In this document: positions 20,804 to 30,702 of the stretch, piece after piece
How positions within the stretch are numbered: the first letter of the stretch is position 1
How the letters are laid out: every line of letters begins with the position of its first letter
DNA from: Candidatus Zixiibacteriota bacterium
Lineage (GTDB): Bacteria; Zixibacteria; MSB-5A5; DG-27
Assembly: GCA_030605835.1 (NCBI GenBank)
Contig: JAUWHO010000023.1
Span: 201,834-265,833, forward strand
Direction: 5' to 3'
Length of the DNA: 64,000 nt
The notes under the pieces: model-generated
What the model saw: the letters and a program-made list of their open reading frames with translations, nothing else
The model's database searches: none
Told to the model about the DNA's origin: nothing
Position numbers and translations under genes: made by a program

Positions 20804-21868
20804 TTAGGCTGGAACTCCTCCCGGAAAGAGGACCACCTTCCCGGAGATTTTGGGCCGTTTCATCATCAGTTCGAACCCTTTTTCGTATTCCTCCAGTGAC
20901 AATTTGTGAGTCACAATCGGAGAGATGTCCAGCTTTTTGTATCTCAAAAGATTCTTGACCTTAAACCAGGTGTCGAACATCAAGCGGCCGTTGATTCCGA
21001 AGATGGTTGCGCCTTTGAAGACCACCCCGTTGTTCAGATCCCAGTTGACCGGCCCGCTGGCCACCCCGAAGGCGGAATAGCGCCCACCCTTGCGCACCAG
21101 CTTAAAGCCTAAGTCGATCGCTCTTTGAGTCCCGGCCATGTCGAGCACGATATCAACTCCAACACCCTCGGTGTCCTCCATGACGATCTTCTCGACATCG
21201 TCAGTTTTATCGTTTATGAGGACGTCGGCGCCGACCTTCCTGGCGATCTCCATTCTCACCGGATGTCGTCCCACTAAGTAGATCCGAGCCGCTCCGGCAA
21301 CAGAGGCCACCGCGGCCGAAAACAGGCCGGTGGGACCGTCACCGAAAATCAAGACGGTCTTGCCCGTCACCGGCTCCACCAGGGTGCAGTAAACCGCATT
21401 CCCCAGAGGTTCCTGAACGCAGGCGAACTCCGGCGCGATGGCTCTGTCGTTCAGCCAGGCGACGTCATCCGGAATGGCAGCATACTCGGCGAAGACCCCG
21501 TCGCAATCGACTCCCAGGATTTTCAGATTGCCACAAATGTGCTGCTGGCCCGTCAGGCACTGGATGCAGTTGTTGCAGGGGATGTGGGTCTCGGCGGAGA
21601 TGTAATCGCCGACTTTCAAGCGGGTGACGTTCGCGCCGACCTCGACGATCTCCCCGGCGCATTCATGTCCCAGAATCTGAGGAATATTCTTTATCCGGCC
21701 TTGAGACCAGGGATCCCACTCGTAAATGTGGACATCGGTTCCGCAGATTGAGGTGGCTATGATCTTTATCAAGACCTCATTCGGTTTTATCTTGGGAACC
21801 TCCACCTCCAGCATCTCCGCCCCTGGAGCCTTCTTGGTTTTGACCACCGCTTTCATTTTCTCGGGCAT
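20804..21868 (-). CDS. tdh: L-threonine 3-dehydrogenase
   Basis: CGTDVH, GHE, AETHIPC structural-zinc cysteines, EPLGNAV; adjacent to kbl. Confidence 0.92.
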   Translation of the reverse strand: MPEKMKAVVKTKKAPGAEMLEVEVPKIKPNEVLIKIIATSICGTDVHIYEWDPWSQGRIKNIPQILGHECAGEIVEVGANVTRLKVGDYISAETHIPCNNCIQCLTGQQHICGNLKILGVDCDGVFAEYAAIPDDVAWLNDRAIAPEFACVQEPLGNAVYCTLVEPVTGKTVLIFGDGPTGLFSAAVASVAGAARIYLVGRHPVRMEIARKVGADVLINDKTDDVEKIVMEDTEGVGVDIVLDMAGTQRAIDLGFKLVRKGGRYSAFGVASGPVNWDLNNGVVFKGATIFGINGRLMFDTWFKVKNLLRYKKLDISPIVTHKLSLEEYEKGFELMMKRPKISGKVVLFPGGVPA

Positions 21869-21965
21869 CTATCCCTCCAAGCTAAAATGAGCGAAAATTT
21901 CGTTACCTTGTGAATGAGGGTGGCACCAATCTAACAGGTAAGAGAGCTCCCTCAAATTGGCAAAT

Positions 21966-22016
21966 AACATAGCCAAAGTCTGGTAGGTTGTCAAGAGAAA
22001 GCCAATGTGTTAGAGT
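21966..22016. promoter_or_regulatory. Divergent sigma70 promoters sharing one -35 region
   Basis: Minus: TTGACA (21994-21989)-17-TATGTT (21971-21966). Plus: TTGTCA (21988-21993)-17-TAGAGT (22011-22016) preceded by TGn. Confidence 0.6.
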
Positions 22017-22020
22017 TCAC

Positions 22021-22240
22021 GGTCAGGAGAGAGCGCTTAGGCTTTTGGCTGCAAGAGTGGGGAGGGGATGAGATAAACCTCCACCCTGCGGATGACACCT
22101 CAATCCTTGGAGGCCTAACGGTCAGGCCGGCTCACGAGTGGGGGTATGACCCCCGCCCGAGCTGGGAGTTTCGAAAAGTTGAAGTTTCCCGCAATGACTG
22201 TTTCCTTGACTCAGCCCCGGTGGCGGAGGCCACTGGGCTA
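22021..22240 (+). ncRNA. Candidate structured non-coding RNA, family not recognised
   Basis: Own promoter; 5' and 3' ends pair; several internal hairpins with many G-U pairs on this strand; no credible ORF. Confidence 0.5.
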
Positions 22241-22300
22241 CCCCCTGGGACGACGAATAGTGGATGGTAAATCGTCGACAGACCTCCCCTAACCCCCATC

Positions 22301-22391
22301 TCCTATCTCCTATCTCCTATCTCCTATTTCCTGTTTCCTGTTTCCTGTCTCCTGTCTCCTGTCTCCCGTTTCCTGTCTCCTGTTCCCTGTT
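22301..22391. repeat. Heptamer tandem array, 13 units (TCCTATC drifting to TCCTGTY)
   Basis: tcctatc x3, tcctatt, tcctgtt x2, tcctgtc x3, tcccgtt, tcctgtc, tcctgtt, ccctgtt. Confidence 0.9.
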
Positions 22392-22635
22392 ACCCAATCT
22401 AATTCTGCCTTGGCTTCCAGCACTATGACAACGCTCTCTCATCTGCCGATACGTGGCGGCGCATGGCTCTCTTCATGTTTGACAGGATAACAGTGAGGAA
22501 CGAAAAATCTCCCGACAAGCCAGATCCCCAGATTCAGTAAGCGCAAACGGGAAACCGATCGCCGGCGGAAACCTCGGGCCCGTTTTTGAGGTTCCAATTT
22601 CCAGCATCGGTTTGCGACGACTGATAAGGGTTAAT

Positions 22636-22688
22636 TTGTGAAAAAAATAACAAAAGGCGTTGACAGCAAAAGCCATTTCAGGTAGATT
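22636..22688 (+). promoter_or_regulatory. dcd-por promoter with adjacent Rex-like box
   Basis: TTGTGAA-AAAA-ATAACAA (22636-22653); TTGACA (22660)-17-TAGATT (22683). Confidence 0.6.
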
Positions 22689-22728
22689 GAGTTGAACTGT
22701 CTTATCGACTCATCCTGGTGGATGCAAT

Positions 22729-23289
22729 ATGGCGATAAAGTCCGACAAGTGGATACGTAGGATGGCGTTGGAACGGGAGATGATTAAGCCTTTCGAGGAG
22801 GGCCAGACTCGAAAGGGGAAGGTCTCGTACGGTCTCTCCTCCTACGGTTATGATGTGCGCATCGCCGATGAGTTCAAGGTTTTTACCAATGTGAATACTG
22901 CAGTGGTCGACCCCAAGAACTTCGATCAGAAAAGTTTCGTGGACCTCAAAGCTGAGATCTGTATCATTCCCCCCAATTCCTTCGTTCTGGGGAGAACTGT
23001 GGAGTATTTCAGAATCCCCCGCAGCATCCTGACCATCTGCCTCGGGAAATCAACCTATGCCCGCTGTGGCATAATTGTTAATGTCACCCCCTTTGAGCCG
23101 GAGTGGGAGGGCTTCGCCACCCTGGAGATTTCCAACACCACTCCGCTTCCGGCGAAAATCTATGCCAATGAGGGAATCGCCCAGGTGATCTTTTTCGAGG
23201 CTGATGAGGTCTGTTCGGTATCTTATAAAGAGAAGCAGGGGAAGTATCAACAGCAGAGAGAAATAACCTATCCGAGAATAGACGGCTAG
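22729..23289 (+). CDS. dcd: dCTP deaminase
   Basis: [33 protein letters not shown]. Confidence 0.95.
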   Translation: MAIKSDKWIRRMALEREMIKPFEEGQTRKGKVSYGLSSYGYDVRIADEFKVFTNVNTAVVDPKNFDQKSFVDLKAEICIIPPNSFVLGRTVEYFRIPRSILTICLGKSTYARCGIIVNVTPFEPEWEGFATLEISNTTPLPAKIYANEGIAQVIFFEADEVCSVSYKEKQGKYQQQREITYPRIDG

Positions 23290-23345
23290 ATTGAAGTCCT
23301 CAGCGGTCGGCATTCATCCAGTTGCCGAAGAGGAGGAGGGAGACT

Positions 23346-23903
23346 TTGAAAGAGATTAGAATCCATGGTCGGGGTGGTCAGGGGGTCGTAACCGCCGCAG
23401 AGCTATTGGCGGTGGCGGCCTTCGAGGACGGCAAATATGCCCAGGCCTTCCCCGCCTTCGGATCCGAGAGGATGGGTGCACCGGTGCAGGCCTTTGTGAG
23501 AATCGATGAAAAAAAGATTCGAGCCAGAAACCAGGTCCGCCATCCGGATTACCTCATCATTCAGGATCCCACCCTGATCGGAACAGTTGACGTCTTCCAG
23601 GGATTGAAAAAGGATGGTTTGGCAATCATCGACACCGAAAAGCGGCCGGAGGAGCTGGCGATCGACGTTGAAGCCCAAATCAAGACCATCCCCGCCTCCA
23701 AGATCGCCCTGGAGGTCATTGGCAAAGCTATCCAGAATACCACCCTGATGGGAGCCTTTGCCGGAGCGACGGGGCTAATTTCGGTTGAGGCCATAAAGAG
23801 GAGCGTCAGAGAGCATTTCCCCGGGCCGGTCGGCGAGAAGAACGCCCAGGCAGTCCAGCGAGCCTATGAAATGATGAAGGGTGGCAACGGAGGAGGCAAC
23901 TGA
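23346..23903 (+). CDS. porC: Pyruvate/2-oxoacid:ferredoxin oxidoreductase gamma subunit
   Basis: EIRIHGRGGQG, FGSERMGAPV; TTG 23346 follows a strong SD. Confidence 0.9.
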   Translation: MKEIRIHGRGGQGVVTAAELLAVAAFEDGKYAQAFPAFGSERMGAPVQAFVRIDEKKIRARNQVRHPDYLIIQDPTLIGTVDVFQGLKKDGLAIIDTEKRPEELAIDVEAQIKTIPASKIALEVIGKAIQNTTLMGAFAGATGLISVEAIKRSVREHFPGPVGEKNAQAVQRAYEMMKGGNGGGN

Positions 23904-24160
23904 TGTCTAAGCCCGTTGGAATCGTGACCAAACCGGGCAGCTCCAAGGCCAACAAAACCGGAAGTTGGAGGACCACCCGCCCAGTTTTCTTACACAAGGA
24001 TTGCAACGACTGTCGCATCTGCGTGATGGTCTGTCCCGACGGGGTCATCTTCGGTTCCGACTCCAGCTACGACGCCGACTTAGATTACTGCAAGGGTTGC
24101 GGGATCTGCGCTCGGGAATGCCCCAAAGAGGACATCGAGATGGTGCTGGAGGTGAAATAG
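23903..24160 (+). CDS. porD: Pyruvate/2-oxoacid:ferredoxin oxidoreductase delta subunit
   Basis: TGSWR, two CxxCxxCxxxCP motifs. Confidence 0.9.
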   Translation: MSKPVGIVTKPGSSKANKTGSWRTTRPVFLHKDCNDCRICVMVCPDGVIFGSDSSYDADLDYCKGCGICARECPKEDIEMVLEVK

Positions 24161-24161
24161 A

Positions 24162-25337
24162 ATGAAAAGGATAATGGAAGGTTCAATGGCCGTCGCGGAG
24201 GCGGTCAAAGTGTGCCGGCCTCACGTAATCGCCGCCTATCCGATAACCCCACAAACCCACATAGTAGAGAATCTGGCGCAAATGGTGGCCAACGGGGAGC
24301 TGAAAAGCGAGTTCGTCAATGTCGAATCTGAGTTTGGGGCCGCCTCCGTGGTGCTGGGAGCCTCCGCCGTTGGAGCCAGAACCTTTTCTGCCTCAAGTTC
24401 TCAGGGCCTACTCTTGATGGGAGAGGTTCTCTTTAATATCGCCGGAATGAGGTTACCGGTAGTGCTGGCTTGCGCTAACCGCTCCGTTTCTGCTCCCATC
24501 AACATCTGGAACGACCATCAGGATGCCGCCGCCCTGCGAGATGCTGGCATAATCCAGTTCTTCGCGGAGGACAACCAGGAACTTCACGACCTGATGATCC
24601 AGGCTTACAGGGTCGCTGAGGATCCGGAGATCTCCCTGCCCTGTATTGTTAATCTCGACGGCTTCATCCTCACCCACGGCTTTGAGCCGGTGGAGGTCTG
24701 TGACCAGAAGTTGGTGGACGAGTTTCTGCCCCCTTACAAACCGCTTAACTACCTGGATGTGAAAAATCCCATGACCTTTGGAGCCCTTTTCGAGCCGACC
24801 TGGTATCAGGAGACGCGCTACCGGATCCAGGAGACCATGGAGGAGGCAAAACCGTTAATAGAGGGAGTTTCCAAGGATTTCGAGAAGACCTTCGGGCGCT
24901 TCAGCGGGGGACTGCTTGAGAAATATCGAATGGAGGACGCCGAGAGTGTCTTCATCTCCATGGGCTCGGTCGTCGGCACCATAAAAGATGCCGTCGATGA
25001 GCTTCGCAAGGGGGGAGAAAAGGCTGGGGTATTGAAGGTCAGAGTCTTTCGCCCCTTCCCGACGGAGGCGATAGTTGAGGCTTTGAGCGGGGTCAAAAAC
25101 GTGGTTGTGATGGAGAAGATGATCTCCCTGGGCGCCGGTGGAATCCTTGCCAGTGAAATCAAACAGGCTTTCTACAGAAACCCTCAAGCTCCCAAGGTTG
25201 ATAATTTCATCTTCGGTCTGGGAGGCAGAGATATCCCTCTGGAGTCTATCGTGGAGGCATACGAAAAGACAAAGAAGCAGGATAACAGGGACGTGTTCGT
25301 AGACTTGAGGAAAGAAGCTTTAGAGGTGGACTACTAA
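24162..25337 (+). CDS. porA: Pyruvate/2-oxoacid:ferredoxin oxidoreductase alpha subunit
   Basis: YPITPQT, VESE, SSQGL, GLGGRD. Confidence 0.92.
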   Translation: MKRIMEGSMAVAEAVKVCRPHVIAAYPITPQTHIVENLAQMVANGELKSEFVNVESEFGAASVVLGASAVGARTFSASSSQGLLLMGEVLFNIAGMRLPVVLACANRSVSAPINIWNDHQDAAALRDAGIIQFFAEDNQELHDLMIQAYRVAEDPEISLPCIVNLDGFILTHGFEPVEVCDQKLVDEFLPPYKPLNYLDVKNPMTFGALFEPTWYQETRYRIQETMEEAKPLIEGVSKDFEKTFGRFSGGLLEKYRMEDAESVFISMGSVVGTIKDAVDELRKGGEKAGVLKVRVFRPFPTEAIVEALSGVKNVVVMEKMISLGAGGILASEIKQAFYRNPQAPKVDNFIFGLGGRDIPLESIVEAYEKTKKQDNRDVFVDLRKEALEVDY

Positions 25338-25347
25338 CCTTGAGAAG

Positions 25348-26277
25348 GTGAACATAATCATGGTAGATACAGCTAAGAAGAAAGAGAAGCCACCGGTGGT
25401 TGAGAGCCTGTTGGCGCCAGGCCATCGGGCTTGTGCTGGATGCGGTGAAGCTTTGGCCGCCAGATTGATTATGGATGCCGCCGGATCAAACACCATCGTT
25501 GCCACCACTACCGGATGTTTAGAGGTTTTCTCTACCCCCTATCCGGAATCTGCCTGGAAGGTTGCCTGGATCCACTCTCTGTTTGAGAACTCCTCCGCAG
25601 TTGCGGCTGGGATTGAGGTTGGCCTCCGGGCTCTAGGCAGAGAGGCCGGGATCAACATCATCGCCCAGGGAGGCGATGGCGCCACCGCCGATATCGGGAT
25701 CGGTTGTCTCTCGGGAATGTTCGAGAGGGGCCACAACATCCTTTACATCTGTTACGACAACGAAGCTTACATGAACACCGGGGTGCAGCGCTCCGGGCTC
25801 ACCCCCTTCGATTCCCACACCAGCACCAGCCCCTCCGGGAGTGTCTCCTGGGGGAATCCCACCGAGAAAAAACCACTACCTCAGATCGCGGCCGCTCACG
25901 GCATTCCCTACGTTGCCGTCGCCACTGCCGGTTATCCTGTGGATCTGCAGAATAAGGTGAAGAGAGCTTTGTCCATCAAGGGCCCGAAGTATCTTCAGGT
26001 GCACGTCCCCTGTCCTCTGGGATGGGCCCACAAACCAGAGGATACCATCGAGATCGGAAGATTAGCGGTATTGACCGGGCTCTATCCCATCTACGAGATG
26101 GAAAACGGTGAGGTCACCAAGGTGCGTAAGCTGGGAAAGAAGAGATTACCGGTGGAGGCATATCTGAAGCCTCAGGGGCGGTTCCGACATCTTTTTGCTA
26201 AGCCAGAAGGCAAAGAGGAGATCAAAAGGATTCAAAAGATCGCAGACGGAAACATCGAAAGGTTCGGGCTGGTTTGA
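25348..26277 (+). CDS. porB: Pyruvate/2-oxoacid:ferredoxin oxidoreductase beta subunit
   Basis: [19 protein letters not shown] motif, YMNTGVQRS. Confidence 0.92.
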   Translation: MNIIMVDTAKKKEKPPVVESLLAPGHRACAGCGEALAARLIMDAAGSNTIVATTTGCLEVFSTPYPESAWKVAWIHSLFENSSAVAAGIEVGLRALGREAGINIIAQGGDGATADIGIGCLSGMFERGHNILYICYDNEAYMNTGVQRSGLTPFDSHTSTSPSGSVSWGNPTEKKPLPQIAAAHGIPYVAVATAGYPVDLQNKVKRALSIKGPKYLQVHVPCPLGWAHKPEDTIEIGRLAVLTGLYPIYEMENGEVTKVRKLGKKRLPVEAYLKPQGRFRHLFAKPEGKEEIKRIQKIADGNIERFGLV

Positions 26278-26411
26278 TCTTTCATTGCAGCCCCGACCTC
26301 CATTTTGCGGTTGAATTTACACTGTTCATTACAGATATTGTCGAAAACTTTGAGGCCCCCTGCGGGGCTTTCTCGTAAGCCGTGAATTCTTTCTTCAAAT
26401 AGGGAGTTCAG

Positions 26412-27764
26412 ATGATAACCAAAGAAGAGCTTATCGCCAGGGCAGAGCAACCGGGAAAAGACGCCATGAAGCTCCATCCCCTCTACAAGGGAAAGGTGCA
26501 GGTGGTTCCCAAATGCTGCATTCGATCTTTCGATGACTTCGCGATCTGGTACACTCCCGGGGTGGCAAAACCCTGTTTGGATATTAAGGAGAATCCGGAG
26601 AAGGTCTTCGAGTATACCAACAAAGCCAACACCGTGGCGGTCATAACCGACGGAACCCGGGTTTTGGGCTTGGGAGACATCGGACCGGAGGCCGGATTGC
26701 CGGTGATGGAGGGAAAAGCACTGTTGTTCAAATATCTCGGAGGGGTTGACGTTTTCCCCCTCTGTCTGGACACCAAAGACCCCGACGAGATCATTAAGAC
26801 CGCTCTTCTTCTCCAGCCCTCCCTGGGAGGCATAAATCTGGAGGATATCTCCCAGCCGAAGTGTTTCTATGTCTTGAATACCTTAAGAGAGAAGGCCCGC
26901 ATCCCGGTCTGGCACGACGACCAGCAGGGAACCGCCACCGTCACCGTAGCCGGTTTCGTTAACGCCTTGAGGCTTGTCCAAAAGCAGATCGACGAGGTCA
27001 AGGTGGTGATGGTGGGGGCCGGCAGCTCCAACATAAGAATCGCCTGGCTTTTGATCGAAGCCGGGGTTAAGCCCGGCAACATTGTCATGGCGGACAGCAA
27101 GGGGATTCTACATCAAGGTCGAACCGAGCTTCAGGAAAAGTTCAAGGAGAAGTGGGAGCTCTGCAAGATTACCAATGAGAAGCAGCTGAAAGGAGAGGTG
27201 TCCAGCGCTTTCGTCAAGGCCGACGTCTGTATAGCGCTATCGACTCCGGGACCGGACGTGGTCAAGCAGGAGTGGGTCGCCAGCATGAATAAAAACTCGG
27301 TGGTTTTCGCCTGCGCCAACCCCATTCCCGAGATCTGGCCCTGGGATGCCAAGGAGGCCGGCGCCAAAATCGTCGCCACCGGCAGGTCCGATTTCCCCAA
27401 TCAGGTCAACAACTCCCTGGGCTTCCCGGGAATCTTCCGAGGTACTCTCGATGTCAGGGCCCGGACCATCACCGACGAGATGTGCATCGCCGCCGCCCAC
27501 GAGTTGGCCCAGTGCGCCGTCGACAAGGGCTTACATGACGAACACCTCCTCCCGACCATGGACGAGTGGGAAGTCTTCCCTCGAGAGGCGGTAGCGGTGG
27601 CAATGAAGGCCCAACAGCAGGGAGTGGCAGGCACGCATTACTCCAGCAGAGAGCTCTTCGAGATGGCCTCCGAAAGGATCAAGGAGGCGCGCCAGCTCAC
27701 GAGAAATATGATGGACACCGGCTTCATCAAAGTGCCCAGCGAATACCTGACCCTGGGAGCGTGA
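26412..27764 (+). CDS. NAD(P)-dependent malic enzyme (short form)
   Basis: YTPGVA, DGTRVLGLGDIG, NLEDI, HDDQQGT, ATGRSDFPNQVNN. Confidence 0.92.
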   Translation: MITKEELIARAEQPGKDAMKLHPLYKGKVQVVPKCCIRSFDDFAIWYTPGVAKPCLDIKENPEKVFEYTNKANTVAVITDGTRVLGLGDIGPEAGLPVMEGKALLFKYLGGVDVFPLCLDTKDPDEIIKTALLLQPSLGGINLEDISQPKCFYVLNTLREKARIPVWHDDQQGTATVTVAGFVNALRLVQKQIDEVKVVMVGAGSSNIRIAWLLIEAGVKPGNIVMADSKGILHQGRTELQEKFKEKWELCKITNEKQLKGEVSSAFVKADVCIALSTPGPDVVKQEWVASMNKNSVVFACANPIPEIWPWDAKEAGAKIVATGRSDFPNQVNNSLGFPGIFRGTLDVRARTITDEMCIAAAHELAQCAVDKGLHDEHLLPTMDEWEVFPREAVAVAMKAQQQGVAGTHYSSRELFEMASERIKEARQLTRNMMDTGFIKVPSEYLTLGA

Positions 27765-27779
27765 GAAGGGACAGACTCG

Positions 27780-27820
27780 ACGCTGGCATTGGGAACTCCC
27801 TCCCGGTGCCAGCGTTTTTT
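27780..27820 (+). terminator. Intrinsic terminator
   Basis: ACGCTGGCATTGGGA/TCCCGGTGCCAGCGT stem followed by T run. Confidence 0.8.
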
Positions 27821-27827
27821 CACTAAT

Positions 27828-27974
27828 GGTGTTGTTGGTGATCGGTGAGTCGTTATCGTGAATAGTCCTCAGCCTGAGGCTGACCCGCCTCTGGCGGGAA
27901 AGTCAGAGTTAAGGGTGGGGTGGGGAGTGGTCACCCTACCTACATCTACTATCTACTACCTACTACCTACTGTC
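27828..27974. repeat. Degenerate heptamer arrays flanking a REP-like double palindrome
   Basis: GT-rich run 27828-27866; CAGCCT-G-AGGCTG and CCCGCC-TCT-GGCGGG at 27870-27898; CTACTAY run ~27936-27974. Confidence 0.55.
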
Positions 27975-27978
27975 TGAG

Positions 27979-30702
27979 ATGTCGATAACAAGAGAACTCC
28001 GAAATATCCTCGGTGATAGCAAGGTCAAAGATGACCCCGGCACCATCACCGCCTATTCCACCGACGCCAGCATCTACAAACTGATCCCCAGGGCGGTGAG
28101 TTTCATCGAGGAGGAAGAAGATGTTCCCAAGCTCTTGGATTTCGCCCACAGCAAGAATATCCCTCTGACAATCCGTGGCGGGGGCACCGGCTTGGCTGGA
28201 GCTGCTGTCGGCTCCGGAATAGTCGCCGATTTCTCCAAATACAATCAAATCCTCGAAGTCAATCCCCAGAAGAAATGGGTCAAAGTCCAGGTGGGACATA
28301 TCTACGAGGAGCTGAACATCCACCTCAAACGCCATAAGCTGATGTTCGCACCCGACCCCGCCTCCGGGGATGCCTGCCAGATAGGGGGGATGCTGGCCAA
28401 CAACTCCTCCGGACCGAGAACCGTCCGTTACGGGACCACCAAAGACCACGTTCTCGAAATCGAGGCTTACCTCGCCTCCGGGCGGAAGATTTCAATCAAG
28501 AAATACAAACTCGGGGAGCCGGAGACCGACAAGTTCTTTTACAACCATCCGGAGTTCAAAAAGATCGTCCAGCTCGTCGAGGAAAAGCGGGAGGAGATTC
28601 TGAGAAGGGAAGTAAAAGTAAAGAAGAACTCCTCCGGCTATGATTTACCCGCTCTGGTTCATGGTCTGGACCAAGGCTACCTCGATTTGCCTCGATTCTT
28701 CGTTGGCTCTGAGGGTACCCTGGCGGTCTTCAGTAGCGCCACCCTCAATCTGGTCGATCTTCCCGGAGAGAAGATCACTCTTCTTGTCTTCTTCGAGGAC
28801 ATTCAGGAGGTGGCCCATGCTGTGAATGATCTTCTTCCCATAGGACTCACCAGCATCGAGATCGTGGACGGTAGCTCCATGGATCTGATCGGTCGAGAGA
28901 AATATAACCTGCCGCCGAATTCGGAGGCCATGCTTTTCATCGAGGTCGACTATGGAGAACTGGGAGACAAGGTTCGGAAGGCCAGGGAGGCTCTGAAAAG
29001 ATATCGACTGTCTATCCCACCGGTGGAGGAGAAGGAGGCTTCCAAACAGGAGGCCTTGTCAAAAGCTCGGAAGGCGATTCTACCCGCTCTGTACAGATAT
29101 GATCCCCTCAAGAAACCTCTCTCCTTCATCGAAGATGCTGCCCTCCCCTCCGAGAAGGTCCCGGAGATGCTCCTCTTCTTAAAAGAGCTGATGCGAGACT
29201 ACGATTTCAAGTTCGGTGCTTTCGGCCACATCGGTGATGGCAACCTCCACGTTCACCCTCTGGTCAACGGCAACGACCCCGCCCAATTCGCCAAGATCGA
29301 GCCCCTCACGGAGGCTTTTTACTCCAAAGTGATTGAGCTCGGCGGCACCATCGCCGGAGAACACGGCGACGGTCGCACCCGGGCTCCCTTCCTGGAGAGG
29401 CAGTTCGGTCCGGAGGTCTACAAGCTCTTCTGGGAGATTAAAAACCTGCTCGACCCCGAACACATCTTGAATCCCGATGTCAAGCTCTCTAACAAGAAGG
29501 CCCTGGTGAATCTGGATTACGAGAAGCTCAACTGGGACTGTTCCTCCTGTGGGAAGTGCAACAGCTACTGCCCCTCCTATGAAGCCCATCGAGAAGACTC
29601 CTTCGGCTCCCGGGGGCGGTTCCGAGTCATATCTTACAGCAACTACGACTTCAGAGAGGCCCGCGACATTCTAGACGACTGTCTGAATTGCAAGTCCTGT
29701 CGAGTGATCTGTCCGGCCGGATGCGACACCGCCCAGGAGACCATAAAGCGCTGGGCTGAACATCCTCCCAAGATACTAGCCCCCTGGCTTGGCGCCATGA
29801 AGCGACCGGAACTTTTAGAGAGGATCTTCTCCCTTCAAGGGAGATCCCAAAAACTCTGGGACAACAACTTTTTCCGACCCCTGGTGGAACTTCTTTCCCC
29901 TTCCTCTTTCAGATTGAGAAGCGAGGTCAGGCTTCCCAAGTTGGCAGGAGTCAGTCTTCGTAATCGTCATCCCGAGTTGGTGGAACGACCGCAAGCAGAT
30001 ATCGCCTACTTCTACGGTTGTGCCGATGGTTCTTTCGACAATGACACTGGGGAGGCTATCATCTCCACCTTTCAGAAGCTGGGTTTCACCGTGACATTAC
30101 CGAAGCAAACGTGCTGTGGTCTACCTATGGAGACTTATGGGTTTATGGAGATGAAAGCGGAGGTAGCTCGCTTCAATATCGATTCCCTGCTGAGATTTGA
30201 GCATGTTATCACTGGATGCGGAAGTTGCCTTTTGGCCCTGCGAGAATACGATAAGGTTTTCGAGGAGGCAGATCCCTATCACCAGAAGGCCATAGAACTG
30301 GCAGGGAGATGTTACGATTTCTCCGAGTTCATCATTAAGAAAACGAAGCTGAGTTCTTTGTCGAGTATTTCCAACGGCAAAAGGGTGACCTACCACGACC
30401 CCTGTCACCTCCGAGCCGCCGGCATCACCGAGGAACCTCGACAGCTTTTGAAAGCTATCTTTGCAGACAGATTCGTGGAAATGGATTATGCCGACCGTTG
30501 CTGTGGTTTTGCGGGGACATACTATTTCTTTCATCCTGAACAATCGGAGAAGATTTTCGAAAGAAAAAGAGAAGCCCTGAAAGATAGCGGTGCTGAGATG
30601 GTGGTCTCCAGCTGTCCCACCTGCCTTCTACAATTCAAGAATCAGATGGGAGAAGAGATCGAAGTCCGACACCCGGCGGAGCTGATCTCGGAGGTGGTTT
30701 GA
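27979..30702 (+). CDS. FAD-linked oxidase fused to ferredoxin and CCG domains (GlcD-GlcF fusion, D-lactate/glycolate dehydrogenase-like)
   Basis: RGGGTGLAG, GSEGTL, GHIGDGNLH, GEHGDG, two CxxCxxC motifs, CCG x2, YHDPCH. Confidence 0.85.
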   Translation: MSITRELRNILGDSKVKDDPGTITAYSTDASIYKLIPRAVSFIEEEEDVPKLLDFAHSKNIPLTIRGGGTGLAGAAVGSGIVADFSKYNQILEVNPQKKWVKVQVGHIYEELNIHLKRHKLMFAPDPASGDACQIGGMLANNSSGPRTVRYGTTKDHVLEIEAYLASGRKISIKKYKLGEPETDKFFYNHPEFKKIVQLVEEKREEILRREVKVKKNSSGYDLPALVHGLDQGYLDLPRFFVGSEGTLAVFSSATLNLVDLPGEKITLLVFFEDIQEVAHAVNDLLPIGLTSIEIVDGSSMDLIGREKYNLPPNSEAMLFIEVDYGELGDKVRKAREALKRYRLSIPPVEEKEASKQEALSKARKAILPALYRYDPLKKPLSFIEDAALPSEKVPEMLLFLKELMRDYDFKFGAFGHIGDGNLHVHPLVNGNDPAQFAKIEPLTEAFYSKVIELGGTIAGEHGDGRTRAPFLERQFGPEVYKLFWEIKNLLDPEHILNPDVKLSNKKALVNLDYEKLNWDCSSCGKCNSYCPSYEAHREDSFGSRGRFRVISYSNYDFREARDILDDCLNCKSCRVICPAGCDTAQETIKRWAEHPPKILAPWLGAMKRPELLERIFSLQGRSQKLWDNNFFRPLVELLSPSSFRLRSEVRLPKLAGVSLRNRHPELVERPQADIAYFYGCADGSFDNDTGEAIISTFQKLGFTVTLPKQTCCGLPMETYGFMEMKAEVARFNIDSLLRFEHVITGCGSCLLALREYDKVFEEADPYHQKAIELAGRCYDFSEFIIKKTKLSSLSSISNGKRVTYHDPCHLRAAGITEEPRQLLKAIFADRFVEMDYADRCCGFAGTYYFFHPEQSEKIFERKREALKDSGAEMVVSSCPTCLLQFKNQMGEEIEVRHPAELISEVV

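Noticed and set aside
21913..21927. T-box-like AATGAGGGTGGCACC
   Set aside because: Wrong strand for tdh; no stem I or terminator
22007..22270. 87-aa ORF
   Set aside because: Start lies within the predicted promoter, no SD, no motifs; RNA structure explains the region better
22551..22613. Nested hairpin upstream of the dcd promoter
   Set aside because: Lies outside the predicted transcript and has no other support
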